From the NCBI GenBank assembly GCA_030390025.1, contig CM059430.1, positions 61,938,001 to 62,002,000 on the forward strand: a stretch of DNA of 64,000 bases, read 5' to 3'. The stretch comes from Squalus acanthias. Lineage: Eukaryota. The notes under the pieces were generated by a model. It saw only the letters and a list, made by a program, of their open reading frames with translations. It made no database searches and had not been told where the DNA came from. The position numbers and the translations under genes were made by a program. Each line of letters opens with the position of its first letter. Within the stretch, counting starts at the first letter, position 1. Of this stretch, positions 62,895 through 64,000 are shown piece after piece.

Positions 62895-63960
62895 TTTTTT
62901 TATTCGTTTATGGGATGTGGGCGTTGCTGGCAAAGCCAGCATTTATTGCCCATCCCTAATTGCCCTTGAGAAGGTGTTGGTGAGCCGCCTTTTTGAACCG
63001 CTACAGTCCGTATGGTGAAGGTACTCCCACAGTGCTGTTAGGTAGGGAGTTCCAGGACTTTGACCCAGCGACGATGAAGGATTAGCGATATACTTCTAAG
63101 TCACGATGGTGTGTGACTTGGAGGGGAACTTGGAGGTGGTGGTGTTCCCATGAGTCTGCTGCCCTTGTCCCCCTAGGTGGAAGAGCTCGAGGATTTGGGA
63201 GGTGCTGCCAAAGATACCTTGGCGAGTTTCTGCAGTGCATCTTGTAGATGGAACACATTGGAGCCACAGTACGCCAGTGGTGGAGGGAGTGAAGGTTTAA
63301 GGTGGTAGATAGGGTGCTAATCAAGCGGGCTGATTTGTCCTGGATGGTGACGAGCTTCTTGAGTGTTGTTTAAGCTGCACTGATCCAGGCAAGTGGAGAG
63401 TATTCCATTACACTCCTTAATTGTGCCTTGTAGATGATGGAAAGGCTTTGGGGAGGCAGGAGGTGAGACACTCGCCGCTGAATACCGAGCCTCTGACCTG
63501 CTGTTGTTGCCACAGTATTTATGTGGCTGGTGCAGTTAAGTTTCTGGTCAATGGTGACGCCCAGGATATTGATGATAGGGGATTCGGAGATGGCAATGCC
63601 ATTGAATGTTAAAGGGCGGTGGTTAGAATCTCGCTTGTCGGAGATAGTCATTGCCTGGCACTTCTGTTTTGCGAATGTTAGCTCCCACTTAACATCCCAA
63701 GCCTGAACGTCTTCCAGGTCTTTTTGCATGCGGGCATGGATGCTTCATTATGTGAGGATTTGTGAATTGCACTCAACACTGTGCAGTCATCAGCGAACAT
63801 CCCCATTTCTGACGTTATGTTGGAAGGAAGTTCATTCATGAAGCAGCTGAAGATGATTGGGCCGAGGACACTTCCGTGAGGAACTCGTGCAGCGATGTCC
63901 TGGGGCTGTGAATCTCCACCACCATCTTCCTTTGTGCTAGGCATGACTCCAGCTAGTAGA
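62895..63960 (-). mobile_element. LINE family B, 3' ~1 kb
   Basis: GSVLGP, GMFADD and MQKDL fragments; 3' tail at 62895. Confidence 0.92.
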
Positions 63961-64000
63961 GAGTCCGCCCCCCCCCCTCCACCCGCCCCGCCACCACCAA

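Overview
Repeat-dense vertebrate DNA, almost certainly from a shark. The host call is an inference from an HE1-type V-SINE, SacSINE1-like DeuSINEs, many CR1/L2 LINEs and Penelope-type hairpins. The only host gene is a non-rearranging, antigen-receptor-like IgSF gene on the minus strand: leader 50901-50841, pre-joined VJ-type V exon 50201-49890, C1-set exon 48921-48611, stalk/TM exon 45935-45822, and a decayed ITIM-like tail near 44640-44463. As given it has a 1-nt frameshift in the C1 exon. A much more decayed paralogue (leader + V only, 17488-17841, plus strand) faces it. Several kb of their upstream DNA form an old inverted segmental duplication (about 5785-14925 vs 59400-62892), and each arm has since taken different TE insertions. 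Other contents: (i) the 3' end of an LTR element (LTR 327-692, PPT, two decayed unidentified ORFs, a complex-retrovirus-like layout); (ii) a complete GC-rich CsRn1-lineage Gypsy element (21774-26136) nested in a CR1; (iii) two two-gene PIF/Harbinger transposons in opposite orientations; (iv) three copies of a MITE carrying arrays of splice-donor motifs, two forming a ~2 kb inverted repeat; (v) an older tandem duplication at about 35.3-43 kb. All alignments and identities were judged by eye; no database searches were run.
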